The translations under genes and the position numbers were made by a program. The notes beneath the pieces were generated by a model, which was not told the origin of the DNA, did not search any database, and worked only from the letters and a program-made list of their open reading frames with translations. A stretch of 64,000 bases of DNA. Source: a bacterium (GTDB lineage: Bacteria > UBA8248). This document shows, piece by piece, positions 1 through 9,870 of the stretch (position 1 is the stretch's first letter; each line of letters starts with the position of its first letter). Location of the stretch: contig CBDBEV010000001.1 of the NCBI GenBank assembly GCA_965204535.1, positions 2,176,001 through 2,240,000 of the forward strand. Direction: 5' to 3'.

Positions 1-1066
1 GCGTGAGCTTGACCGCCTGTCCCACGATCTTGATCGGCCCCATCTCGGGGTGCTCGACCTCGGGCGACATGTTCAGCCCCTGGACCTGGGGGTCGGCGAA
101 CGTCTGGTCCACCGTGTAGATGGGCCCGCAGGGGATTCCCGCCTCGTTCAGTATCTCAATCCACTCCGCACCCGGCTTCGTCCGCGTCCGGCGGGTGATG
201 GTCTCCTGCAGGACCTCTTTGTTCTCGAAGCGCTTCGGCACGCTCGCATAATCGGGATTCTCGAGGAGTTCGGGCATTTCCAGAGCGCCCACGAGGCGCT
301 CCCAGAGATGCTGGGGGCCGGACTGGATGATGATCCGCCCGTCCGCGGTCTCGAAGACGCCCGCCGGCAAAAAGGTGGGGTGGTTGTTCCCCTGCTGGGT
401 GGGCACGTCCTCGAAAAGCAGGTATCTCGCGGCCTGAAAGTCCATCATCTGAATCTGGGCTTCGAGAAGCGAGGTGTGCACCCATTGCCCCTCACCCGAG
501 ACTTCGCGCTCGAGCAGGGCGATCATAATCCCCTGCGCGAGCATGAAGCCCGCCGATAAATCAGCGAGCGGAATGCCCACCCGCATGGGGCCGCCCCCCG
601 GCTTGCCGGTGACGGACATGAGGCCGCTCAGCCCCTGGGCTGTCATGTCCAGTCCCGGACGCTTGCGGTAGGGTCCCTCCTGCCCGAAGCCGGAGATGCT
701 CCCGTATACGATGCGCGGGTTGACCGCGCGACAGGCCTCGTAGTCCACACCCAGGCGGTGTTTCACGTCGGGCCGGTAGTTCTCGATGACGACGTCGGCG
801 TCTTGCACCATGCGGAAGAATATCTCGCGGCCCTTTTCCTCGCGCAGGTTGAGGGTCATGCCTCTTTTGTTGCGGTGCAGGTTCTGCGCCTCATAGCCGC
901 CCCGGGGCTGGGCCATGTTGTCCGAAAAGCCGCTCGCGGGGGGCGCTTCTATCTTGATGACGTCGGCCCCCCAGTCCGCGAACTGGCGCACCGCCGTGGG
1001 GCCGGCACGCGCGCGGGTAAGATCGAGCACCTTGAACCGGGAAAGGGGTAGTGAATGATTCTGCAC
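1..1066 (-). CDS. CoA-transferase family III (CaiB/BaiF), 3' end runs off the window
   Basis: Not in ORF track. Manual translation from GTG at 1066 (AGGAG upstream): MQNHSLPLSRFKVLDLTRARAGPTAVRQFADWGADVIKIE...NLHRNKRGMTLNL...DADVVIENYRPDVKHRLGVDYE...INPR-like, ISGFGQEGPYRKRPGLD; typical family III motifs. Confidence 0.9.
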   Translation of the reverse strand, partial: MQNHSLPLSRFKVLDLTRARAGPTAVRQFADWGADVIKIEAPPASGFSDNMAQPRGGYEAQNLHRNKRGMTLNLREEKGREIFFRMVQDADVVIENYRPDVKHRLGVDYEACRAVNPRIVYGSISGFGQEGPYRKRPGLDMTAQGLSGLMSVTGKPGGGPMRVGIPLADLSAGFMLAQGIMIALLEREVSGEGQWVHTSLLEAQIQMMDFQAARYLLFEDVPTQQGNNHPTFLPAGVFETADGRIIIQSGPQHLWERLVGALEMPELLENPDYASVPKRFENKEVLQETITRRTRTKPGAEWIEILNEAGIPCGPIYTVDQTFADPQVQGLNMSPEVEHPEMGPIKIVGQAVKLT

Positions 1067-1231
1067 GAACGCGCTCCTGTGAAAAAATACGACGATTCAA
1101 GAATACGGGAGATTCATCCGCCCGTAAGGTAGCAGAATCGAGCGGGTTTGCGCACTGCGGGAGGGGGTGAATTTCATCATTTCAAGGCGCGCTCGCCACA
1201 GGCTCGAGGAAGCAACGAAAGGAGAGTTCCA

Positions 1232-1308
<77 letters not shown>

Positions 1309-1394
1309 ACGGGCCGCAAGCCTATCACAACCCGATCTCGTTCTGGAACCTGAGGGAATACGGAAATGACGCCGGGCCGAGGGGCCCGCGCGCG

Positions 1395-3644
1395 TCAGGC
1401 GGGCGCCGGCTGCGGCGTTTGTCCTTTTCGCCTGTTTCGCTGATACCAGTACAAGGCGGCGAACAACACTATCGCCACGAGCTGCACCACGGGGCGCGGA
1501 CCGCCGGTGAAGTCGGTGATGAGCGAGGGTCTGAACGCCGAGACGCACACCACCATCAGGATCGCACGCTCGCCCCAGTTGCAGTTGTCGGCGAAATAGC
1601 CCTGCAGCGCGGAGGCGAAGGCGAACATCGCCGCCAGTGAGACCACGCAGACCCAGCCGATTTTCAGGAAATCCGTGATCCAGATGATCTCGCCCTTGGG
1701 GCCGACGCCCTGCATCATCAAAAGCTCGAGATTGTAGATGAACACGAACGGCAAGACGGCGGTCCGCAAGTCGTAGACGAAGCCCTGCACGCCCGTCTGG
1801 ATGGGGTCGGACTTCGCTATCGCCGAGGCGGCGAACGCGGCGAGACCCACGGGCGGCGTGTCGTCGGCCAGGATGCCGAAATAAAAGACGAACAGATGGG
1901 CCGCGAGCAGCGGCACCACGAGGCCCGCCTTGCCGCCCAGGCTCACGATGACGGGCGCGGTGAGCGTCGCCATGACGATGTAGTTCGCCGTCGTGGGCAG
2001 TCCCATCCCCAGGACGAGGGAGCATATCGCGGTGAGCACGAGCATGAGCACCACGTTGCCCAGGGAGACGATTTCGATGAGTTCGATGAAGCGGCCGCTC
2101 AGGCCGGTGAGGGTGACGGTGCCGACGATGATGCCCGCCGCCGCCGTCGCCACGCCGATGCCCATCATGTTCTTGGCGCCCGCCATCATCCCCTGCCAGA
2201 CGTCGCCGAAGCTCTGGCCGAAGCCGGAGAGCACCCCGTCCCACAAGCGCTCTTCGAGTTCCTTGAAATGCGCCTCGCCGAACAAATCGCGCAGGTGGGC
2301 GACGCCCTTTTCGCGCTTCATGTCGCCCAGGACGTATATGGTGTTCTGCATGGGACGCTGGACGACGATGATCGCCATCGTCAGCAGGATCGCGTTGAAC
2401 GCCGACGCCACGGCCGACATGCGCAGGATAACCAGCGTGTAGATGAGCGCCAGGATGGGAACGACGTAGTGGATGCCGCTGATGAGCGTGTGCCAGAACG
2501 AGGGCAGTTCGTCCTCCCTCAGCGGCCTCAGGTTGAGCTTGAGCGCTTCCAGATGCACCACGTAGAAGAGGGCGATGTAAGAGAGCAGGGCCGGCAATAT
2601 CGCGGCGCGCACCACGTCGAGATACGCTAATCCCAGGAATTCCGCCATGATGAACGCGGCGGCCCCCATGACCGGCGGCATGAGCTGTCCGTTCGTGCTC
2701 GCGCCCACCTCCACGGCGCCCGCCTTGTAAGGGGGCAGACCCACTTTTTTCATGAGCGGGATCGTGAAGGTTCCCGTCGTCGCCACGTTCGCGATGGAAG
2801 AACCCGAGACAAGCCCCGTCATGCCCGAGGCGACCACGGCCGCCTTGGCGGGCCCGCCCCGGAAGCGGCCCAGGGCCGCGAAAGCCACCTGCACGAAGTA
2901 GTTCGCCGCTCCCGCCTTGTCGAGCAGGGAGCCGAACAGCACGAAGAGGAACACGAAGCTCGTCGACACCCCGATGGGCACGCCCCAGATGCCGCTGTCG
3001 CTCAGATACATGTGGTCCACGACGAATTCGAGCGGAACGCCCGGATGCGCGATGAACGAGGGCATGTAGGGACCCACGAAACAATAGAGCAGGAACAGGA
3101 TGGCGAGGATCGGAAGCGCGGGTCCGAGCGCACGGCGCGCGGCTTCTAAAAGAAGAACGACGAGAATCGCCCCCACGATGACGTCGCGCTGGATGGGGAG
3201 ACCCGAGCGCTGGATGATGTTCGCGTAGTCCCAGGCCATGTAGAGCGCGCCCATGCCTGCGAGGATCGCGAGCGCGTAATCGTACCAGGGGATGACCTCC
3301 CGCGTGGAGCGCTGGGACCGCATGAAGTAGGGAAAAAGCTGGAGCGACATACGCTGAACCCAGCTCTCGCCGGGCTTTTTCGTCCCCGGGAAGGCCAGAT
3401 ATACCATTGTGATGGCGAAGGTGAGGTGGATGCTTCTGGCGATGATCGAGTTCAGCGGGGTGTAGGCGATGTAGAGCTGGAAACAGGACCAGGTGATCGC
3501 GAGAACAGAAACCAGCCATGCCGTGAGGTTTTTGGGTTGCCTCCCGCCGGATTCCGCCTCGGCGGCGATTTCCTCCGCCGCTTGCTTCGATTCTTCGTCA
3601 ATCGCATCACTCAAGGCGTCTGCGGAATCACCCGGCTTGCTCAT
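1395..3644 (-). CDS. TRAP transporter 4TM/12TM fused permease (TAXI type)
   Basis: 749 aa hydrophobic protein; GGPAKAAVVASG, ASTNGQLMPPVMGAAAFIMAEFL, LGMGLPTTANY, HLFVFYFGILADDTPPVGLAAFAA motifs. Confidence 0.92.
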   Translation of the reverse strand: MSKPGDSADALSDAIDEESKQAAEEIAAEAESGGRQPKNLTAWLVSVLAITWSCFQLYIAYTPLNSIIARSIHLTFAITMVYLAFPGTKKPGESWVQRMSLQLFPYFMRSQRSTREVIPWYDYALAILAGMGALYMAWDYANIIQRSGLPIQRDVIVGAILVVLLLEAARRALGPALPILAILFLLYCFVGPYMPSFIAHPGVPLEFVVDHMYLSDSGIWGVPIGVSTSFVFLFVLFGSLLDKAGAANYFVQVAFAALGRFRGGPAKAAVVASGMTGLVSGSSIANVATTGTFTIPLMKKVGLPPYKAGAVEVGASTNGQLMPPVMGAAAFIMAEFLGLAYLDVVRAAILPALLSYIALFYVVHLEALKLNLRPLREDELPSFWHTLISGIHYVVPILALIYTLVILRMSAVASAFNAILLTMAIIVVQRPMQNTIYVLGDMKREKGVAHLRDLFGEAHFKELEERLWDGVLSGFGQSFGDVWQGMMAGAKNMMGIGVATAAAGIIVGTVTLTGLSGRFIELIEIVSLGNVVLMLVLTAICSLVLGMGLPTTANYIVMATLTAPVIVSLGGKAGLVVPLLAAHLFVFYFGILADDTPPVGLAAFAASAIAKSDPIQTGVQGFVYDLRTAVLPFVFIYNLELLMMQGVGPKGEIIWITDFLKIGWVCVVSLAAMFAFASALQGYFADNCNWGERAILMVVCVSAFRPSLITDFTGGPRPVVQLVAIVLFAALYWYQRNRRKGQTPQPAPA

Positions 3645-3707
3645 TCATTCGCCCCTCAAACGATTAACTCACTTCGTGAAAGATGGAAACTCGAACCGCC
3701 ACACGAA

Positions 3708-3730
3708 GCCGGGGGCGGAAAGCCCCCGGC
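3708..3730 (-). terminator. GC-rich stem-loop between TAXI receptor and permease (terminator or mRNA stabiliser)
   Basis: gccgggggc-ggaaa-gcccccggc perfect 9-bp stem downstream of the receptor stop. Confidence 0.5.
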
Positions 3731-3757
3731 CCGCGTGGTAGACGTTCGTTCGAACTG

Positions 3758-4723
3758 CTACTTCATCAGGCCCGTTTCCTTGTAATACCGCACGGCGCCT
3801 GGATGGAAGGGAGCCGAGAGGCCCCCGAGCATGTCTTTTTTCGTCAGGTATTTGAACGCCGCGTGCGTGGCGCGGAACTGGTCGAGATTACCCAAGATGG
3901 TCTTCACGACGTTGTAGACCACGTCGTTCGGCTGATTTTTGCCGGTCACGAAGGTGGCCTTCACCGCGTAGGTCGGCACGTCCTTGTCGACGCCCTTGTA
4001 GATGCCGCCCGGGATGTTCGTCATCACGTAGTAGGGCTTGCCGGCCACCAGATCCATGATGCCCTTGGCGTTGATGGGGATCATGCGGATCGCCGTGCTG
4101 TTGGAGATCTCGAGACCGCCGCCCCAGGGGTTGCCCACGGTGTAGAAGAACGCGTCGATCTTCTTGTCCACCAGCGCGCGGCTCGCCCCGCCCTGCTGCA
4201 GACCCTCGGCCTTGATGTCCTTCATGCCGATGCCGTAGATTTTCAGGATGTCCGTCGCGTTTCCGCGCTGGCCGGAGCCGGGGTTGCCGATGTTGACCCG
4301 GCGTCCCTTGATGTCCGATACCTTCATGATGCCCGAATCCGCGCGAGCGACGAGCATGACGGTCTCCGGGTGAACGCTGAAGACGCTCCTGAGGCCCTTG
4401 AAGGCTTTGCCCTTCCAGTCGGCCGTGCCGTTATACGCCTGAAAGTTCCTGTCGGACTGGGCGACGCCGAAGTTCAGCAGGCCGCGCTTGATGGCGTTGA
4501 TGTTGAACACCGAACCCAGCGCGGGACGGCCGATGCAGTTATAACCCTGGGCTTTCAGGTTCTTGTTCACCAGCTTGCAGACGTTGAGAGCCACCTGATA
4601 GTAGACGCCCGTCGTAGAACCGCCACCGACCACCAGGAATTTCGCGGCGCTTGCCGGAACCGCCGCTCCCGCCAGCGAAATCGCCACGACGGAAGCGAGT
4701 ATGAATTTCATTGTCCTTTTCAT
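3758..4723 (-). CDS. TAXI-family TRAP solute-binding protein
   Basis: Signal peptide; GGGSTTGVYY, GSVFNINAI, FGVAQSD, NIGNPGSGQR, PFHPGAVRYYKE motifs; ATG at 4723 preceded by AAGGAG. Confidence 0.92.
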   Translation of the reverse strand: MKRTMKFILASVVAISLAGAAVPASAAKFLVVGGGSTTGVYYQVALNVCKLVNKNLKAQGYNCIGRPALGSVFNINAIKRGLLNFGVAQSDRNFQAYNGTADWKGKAFKGLRSVFSVHPETVMLVARADSGIMKVSDIKGRRVNIGNPGSGQRGNATDILKIYGIGMKDIKAEGLQQGGASRALVDKKIDAFFYTVGNPWGGGLEISNSTAIRMIPINAKGIMDLVAGKPYYVMTNIPGGIYKGVDKDVPTYAVKATFVTGKNQPNDVVYNVVKTILGNLDQFRATHAAFKYLTKKDMLGGLSAPFHPGAVRYYKETGLMK

Positions 4724-5032
4724 CGCGTATTCTCCTTGAGTGAAGTGAGGTGGGTAAATAGACTTGCCGAGCATGGAACAATGAGCGTTTCCTCTGTTTC
4801 AACGGCACCCAAGAGTGTCCTCGTGGATGGCGATTCCTAGGGAAAACCTCTGAATTTCGGCATTGGCCGACTCTTTGTTCTCAGGATAATTGCCCAATCC
4901 AAGGATAATGAGCGAAAAACCCGATGTCAACAGGAAACTATATTTCAGCAGGTCATTTCCGGCGATTTGGGGTATTCTCATCGCCTGAAAAATCTCTCGC
5001 TTTTTCATTGTTATTATTTTCGAGGTTGGGGG

Positions 5033-6241
5033 ATGAATCAGACAACCTGGGACGTCATCGTCATCGGAGGCGGCATACTCGGGCTTTCCACCGCCATGGA
5101 GATCACCCGCCGCCACCCGCGCAAGCGCGTGCTCGTCCTCGAGAAAGAAGCCGGGGTCGGCCGCCACCAATCGCTCCACAACAGCGGCGTGATCCACGCG
5201 GGGCTCTACTACCGCCCCGGTTCCCTCAAGGCGAAGACCTGTGTGGAGGGCGCGGCCGCCATGGTGCGCTTCGCGCGAGAGCACGGGGTCGACCACGAAA
5301 TCTGCGGCAAGGTGGTCGTCGCCACCGAGGAGGCGGAAATCCCCCGCCTGGAGGAACTGCACCGCCGGGGTGAGGCGAACGGCATCGAGAACATCGCGGT
5401 TCTGGGACCGGAGGAACTCCGCGAGTTCGAACCCCACGCCCGGGGCGTCAAGGCGCTTCGGGTGCCTTCCACCGGCATCATCGACTATGGCGGCGTCGTG
5501 CGCGCCTACGCCCGCATCGTCACCGAGGCGGGGCAGCGCATTCAGACCGAAGCGCAAGTCACCGGCATCGCCGCCTCGAAAGGAGAAAAACGCGTCGAGA
5601 CGACGGCGGGGGATTTCGGCGGCAAGCTCATCGTCAACTGCGCGGGGCTCTACGCCGACAGGGTCGCCGGGCTCGCGGGCGGCGCGCCGCCGATGAAGAT
5701 CGTGCCCTTCCGGGGCGAGTACTACGAACTCGCGCCCGAGCGCCGCGCGCTCGTCAAGAGCCTCATCTATCCGGTGCCCGACCCGGCGTTTCCCTTCCTG
5801 GGGGTGCACTTCACCCGCCGCGTGGACGGGAGCGTCGAAGCCGGGCCGAACGCCGTTTTGGCCTATATGCGGGAGGGCTATACGAAGACCCGAATCGACC
5901 CCTACGATCTGTTCGAGACGCTCACCTATCCCGGCTTCCTGCGGCTCGCGCTTAAGTACTGGAAGACGGGGCTGGGCGAGATGGTCCGCTCCATGAGCAA
6001 ATCCGCCTTCACGCGCGCGCTGCAAAAGCTCATGCCCGAAATTCGCGAATCCGACCTTGTTCCCGCAGGCGCGGGCGTTCGCGCGCAGGCGGTGGACCGC
6101 GCAGGCGGCCTGCTCGATGATTTCGCCATCATCCGGACCGAGGGCGCGGTCCACGTGTGCAACGCCCCCTCGCCGGGGGCGACGGCGTCGCTGATGATAG
6201 GCCGCGCCATCGCAGACATGGCGGATGAGATGGGTGGCTGA
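5033..6241 (+). CDS. lhgO: L-2-hydroxyglutarate oxidase/dehydrogenase (FAD)
   Basis: VIGGGILGLSTA FAD motif, HQSLHNSGVIHAGLYYRPGSLKA, LIYPVPDPAFPFLGVHFT, GVRAQA, HVCNAPSPGATASL. Confidence 0.92.
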   Translation: MNQTTWDVIVIGGGILGLSTAMEITRRHPRKRVLVLEKEAGVGRHQSLHNSGVIHAGLYYRPGSLKAKTCVEGAAAMVRFAREHGVDHEICGKVVVATEEAEIPRLEELHRRGEANGIENIAVLGPEELREFEPHARGVKALRVPSTGIIDYGGVVRAYARIVTEAGQRIQTEAQVTGIAASKGEKRVETTAGDFGGKLIVNCAGLYADRVAGLAGGAPPMKIVPFRGEYYELAPERRALVKSLIYPVPDPAFPFLGVHFTRRVDGSVEAGPNAVLAYMREGYTKTRIDPYDLFETLTYPGFLRLALKYWKTGLGEMVRSMSKSAFTRALQKLMPEIRESDLVPAGAGVRAQAVDRAGGLLDDFAIIRTEGAVHVCNAPSPGATASLMIGRAIADMADEMGG

Positions 6242-6299
6242 ACCTAGATGGCGCAAAACCCGAAACTGGGCGGAGGCGCAGGCTCTCGCCTTGAAAACC

Positions 6300-6841
6300 A
6301 ACCCCCCCTACCCCCCTTGTCAGGGCTGTTGAAAAAGGCCTGCTCGCTCTGCATTGACCACTACTTTAATATCGGCGTCAATGCCGTTTCTGTTGTAGGG
6401 GCCGCATATATGCGGCCCTGCCTTTTCGCCTCCACGATGCGGGTCGCATATATGCGACCCCTACACACAAACAAATTTTCCCTCTCCAGGTTTATCAACA
6501 GCCCCTTGTCAGGGGGGTATGAAAAGGCGATGCGCCGCAAAAAAGAAAAAAGGATCAACTCCCCCCTTGAGGGTCTGGCTTCCCGAGGGGAAAGCCAGAC
6601 GAAGAGGCCGAGCCTTGGCGAAGGCCGATTCGGTGGGGGGTAAAATGCGTTTTACCGCTATTCTGAATTATACCCCCCACCAGTTCGCTTGCGGGCATAC
6701 GCCCTTAGCTCACTGTCTGGCTTTCCGAGGGGAAAGCCAGACCCTCAAGGGGGGAGTGAAACTTGCTCTTTCATCGGACGAGTCAAAACTTCGTTAAACT
6801 AGGTTTTTCAACAGCCCTGACAAGGGCGGGTAGGGGGGGTT
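6300..6841. repeat. Cluster of palindromic intergenic repeats bounded by a 37/38-bp inverted repeat
   Basis: 6300-6336 aaccccccctaccccccttgtcagggctgttgaaaaa is inverted at 6804-6841; inside are CCCCCTTGAGGG units, ctggcttcccgaggggaaagccag hairpins and GTAG-REP hairpins. Confidence 0.85.
6322..6505. mobile_element. MITE-like element carrying a GTAG-REP doublet
   Basis: Ends AGGGCTGTTGAAAAA / TTTATCAACAGCCCC; direct repeat TTGTC at 6317-6321 and 6506-6510; excision restores ccccccttgtcagggggg. Confidence 0.7.
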
Positions 6842-6871
6842 GCCTTTATCCCCTGAGGAGGGAGGCTTTTG

Positions 6872-8416
6872 CTACGCCTCGTCTTCGGGCGAATGCGCCG
6901 CGCGCGCCCGGGGAGCGGCGGCCTGAACCCGCGATACGGCCGCGGCGGCCTGGTGAAAGAGGATGGCGCAATAGTCGACCTCGGCGTCCGACATCTGCCG
7001 GGGCGCATCGAAATAAAACGAGGCCAGCCCCACCACTTTTCCCAGCGCGACCATGGGAAAGACCACGGCTCCGCCCACCTTTTCGCTCTTGAGCGCCTCG
7101 GGCGCGCCGTACCACTCACCGGCGTCGGGCACCTCGACGATCTCCTTTTCCCGGAGGGCGATCCTCTCCGGCAGGCCGGAGTCGGGGGAAGCGATGGCGC
7201 GCCGGTAGTCCCGGCCCAGGCGCGAGGAGCGCAACTCGAGAAACCGCTCCGTCGACTCGTCGTACAATGCGGCGTAATACCTCTCGGTCGAGAAAAAGCG
7301 CGAGACTTCCCGCGTGACGGCGAGGATGACGTCCTGGAAGTGCGCGCCCGCCGCCACGGATTCACTCATTCTCGAGATGGTGGCGAATTGCGCCGAATTG
7401 AGTCGCCGACCGGGCGCTTCCTCGCCCGCCCCGGCCTCTCGCGTCCGGGGAGTCGTGGATTCGCTCCCCCGGCCGGGCCCCAGAAAATAAAACAAGGCGA
7501 GCGAAGCGAGCCAGCCCGCCGCCATCACGCCGAGCAGTATCGTCAATCCCGAGTGCGCCTCCGGGCGCTCCGCCAGACGGACGAGCCGCAGTCGCCTCAC
7601 GCCGAGGTGGAATATGGACTGCGACATCGAGCGTTTGTTCTCGTTCGCGGCGTTGAACGCAGCGGGGTCGCAGCAAACCGGAACGCCGAGCGTCGAGGCG
7701 AGTTCCCTCTGGAAGGCCCCGTCGATGCTCTCGGAGAGAAACTTCTCCCCTCGCCTGGCGAAAAGGACCTTCTGCTCGGGCTCGGCCAACAGAAAAACAC
7801 TCTCGCCGGCAGCCGGTTCTCCCTTTCGCAAGGGCAACAGGGATTCCGCAGAAACGATGACGCCCCAAAAACCCTTGGTCGACGCCGAGGGCGCCAGCAC
7901 CAGCACCACCGGCGCGCCGTTCAGCGTGCTCGACTGAATGTCGAATCTCCTTCTCGACGCTCCCGACTCCCTTTCCCGCCTCGATAAGGAGAGAAACGAA
8001 CGCCTCGCCCCCGACCAGAGACCTTTCTCCTCGGCTCCGGGGGGCGGCATGTTCCCCACCCTGCGCGAGTCCGCAATCGCGCCTTGTTCATCGAGCAGCA
8101 CCGAGGCGGCGAAGGATTCTCTCGATTCCCCGCCCAGGAGGAACGAAAGCGCTTTCCCCTCCCTGTTCGCGACGCCCGGTACCGCCGCCATGAGAAGCTC
8201 GGCTCCCTGAATCTTCCCGAGCAGGGAGTCGACCCGGCCCCGCATCCTGGTCTTGAGGTCCTGCAGGCGCCTCGCGTCGCGCTCGGCGTGCCGGCTCAGG
8301 AGCGCGCCCTGGACGGCCCGATGGGCGAAATAAGCCGCACCCGCTGCAAACAAGGCCGTGATGAGCGCAAACAGCAGGAGAGGGGAGATTGATTTTGGGG
8401 ATTTCTCATCCATCAC
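6872..8416 (-). CDS. Membrane protein: TM, extracytoplasmic (Cache-like) region, TM, C-terminal GAF domain
   Basis: Two hydrophobic segments; C-terminal GAF-like pattern (YYAALYDE...VVFPMVALGKVVGLASFYFDAPRQMSDAEV); no output domain seen. Confidence 0.65.
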   Translation of the reverse strand: MMDEKSPKSISPLLLFALITALFAAGAAYFAHRAVQGALLSRHAERDARRLQDLKTRMRGRVDSLLGKIQGAELLMAAVPGVANREGKALSFLLGGESRESFAASVLLDEQGAIADSRRVGNMPPPGAEEKGLWSGARRSFLSLSRRERESGASRRRFDIQSSTLNGAPVVLVLAPSASTKGFWGVIVSAESLLPLRKGEPAAGESVFLLAEPEQKVLFARRGEKFLSESIDGAFQRELASTLGVPVCCDPAAFNAANENKRSMSQSIFHLGVRRLRLVRLAERPEAHSGLTILLGVMAAGWLASLALFYFLGPGRGSESTTPRTREAGAGEEAPGRRLNSAQFATISRMSESVAAGAHFQDVILAVTREVSRFFSTERYYAALYDESTERFLELRSSRLGRDYRRAIASPDSGLPERIALREKEIVEVPDAGEWYGAPEALKSEKVGGAVVFPMVALGKVVGLASFYFDAPRQMSDAEVDYCAILFHQAAAAVSRVQAAAPRARAAHSPEDEA

Positions 8417-8503
8417 ACGTCGGCCGATGCCCTCGCCGGGCGGTACGCCTTGGCAGAGGATAAGCGGTGCGCCCGCGCATCGTCGGGCAAGGGGTAGAAG
8501 CGA

Positions 8504-9523
8504 CTAGCCCGCGGGCGCCCCGTTCGTTTTCGGCGCCCCGCCATAGAGTTTTTCCGAGAAGTGGCACGCCGCGAAATGACCCGTGTTGATCTCGCGCATC
8601 AGCGGCTCTTCCGCCACGCACCTGTCTTCCTTGTAGGGACATCTCGTATGGAATCGACACCCCGCGGGGGGGTTCACGGGACTGGGCACGTCGCCGGTCA
8701 GGATCATGCGTTTTTTCTTGAGCGTCGGGTCCGGAGTCGGCACGGCGGAGAGCAGGGCTTCGGTATAGGGGTGCTTCGGTTCCATCACGACCCTGTCGGC
8801 CGAGGCCATCTCCACGATCTTGCCCAGGTACATGACGGCGATGCGGTCGCTCACGTGCTGGACGACGGCCAGATCGTGCGCGATGAGCACGAACGCGATT
8901 CCGTACTCTTTCTGCAGGTCTTCGAGCAGATTGATCACCTGCGCCTGAATCGACACGTCGAGCGCGCTGACGGGCTCGTCCGCGATGATGAGTTTGGGGT
9001 TGAGCGCCAGGGCGCGGGCGATGCCGATGCGCTGGCGCTGTCCACCCGAGAACTCATGCGGATAGCGCCGTATATGCTCGGGCCTCAAGCCCACCCGATG
9101 GAGAAGCGAGGCGACCTGTTCTTCTTTTTCCTTTCCTTTGGCGATGCCGTGGATGGTCAGCGGCTCGCCGACGATGCTGCCCACCGTCATGCGCGGATTC
9201 AGGGACGCATACGGGTCCTGAAAGATGATCTGCATCTCGCGCCTGAGTCTGCGCATCGACTCCCTGTTCAGGGAGCAGACGTCGGTGCCCTGGAAGTTCA
9301 CCTCGCCCGAGGTCGGCTCGATGAGGCGCAGGACGGCCCGTCCGGTCGTGGATTTGCCGCACCCGCTCTCCCCGACGAGCCCGAGCGTCTCGCCCGGCTC
9401 CAGATCGAAGCTTATCCCGTCCACGGCGCGCACATAGTTGCGAATCCGGGAGAATACGCCCCCGCGCACGGGGAAGTGCTTCACCATATCTCTTACTTCG
9501 AGTAGTTTCTCGGCCACGGCCAC
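8504..9523 (-). CDS. Oligopeptide/dipeptide ABC ATP-binding subunit (OppF/DppF type)
   Basis: [42 protein letters not shown]-terminal [11 protein letters not shown]...ACH. Confidence 0.95.
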   Translation of the reverse strand: MAVAEKLLEVRDMVKHFPVRGGVFSRIRNYVRAVDGISFDLEPGETLGLVGESGCGKSTTGRAVLRLIEPTSGEVNFQGTDVCSLNRESMRRLRREMQIIFQDPYASLNPRMTVGSIVGEPLTIHGIAKGKEKEEQVASLLHRVGLRPEHIRRYPHEFSGGQRQRIGIARALALNPKLIIADEPVSALDVSIQAQVINLLEDLQKEYGIAFVLIAHDLAVVQHVSDRIAVMYLGKIVEMASADRVVMEPKHPYTEALLSAVPTPDPTLKKKRMILTGDVPSPVNPPAGCRFHTRCPYKEDRCVAEEPLMREINTGHFAACHFSEKLYGGAPKTNGAPAG

Positions 9524-9870
9524 GCCTCTCTTGTCCAGTGAAAATCCGGGTTGCGAAATAACGTATATTCAGTTTCTATCATTGCGGCCACCGGCGGGCA
9601 AGTCGAAAAGTACTATCGGCGCGGTTGGAGAATCCATCCCCCGCCCCTGGCCGTACAGGCGATTCCGCCCGGCCCGGGCGCACCCGACTGTCTCCCCCTC
9701 GTTCCCTTTCTTCGAGACGGGCCGCACTCGTGCGGGGCCGTTGATTATCGCATCCCGTTTTGCTAGGTTTGGCGGTCAGCCCGTTTCGGCGGGAACCGTT
9801 TGGCGATACCGTTCCCCGTGAATGCGCGCGAACGCGCATCGGGGCGAAAATGCTTTCCATGGAGAGGGAA

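Noticed and set aside
6248-6797. Short ORFs in repeat clusters (also 19190-19414, 29569-30032, 30584-31110, 34036-35054)
   Set aside because: They are translations of palindromic repeats (PPLPPLSG, TPPLRG, VGAAYMRP) with no coding signal
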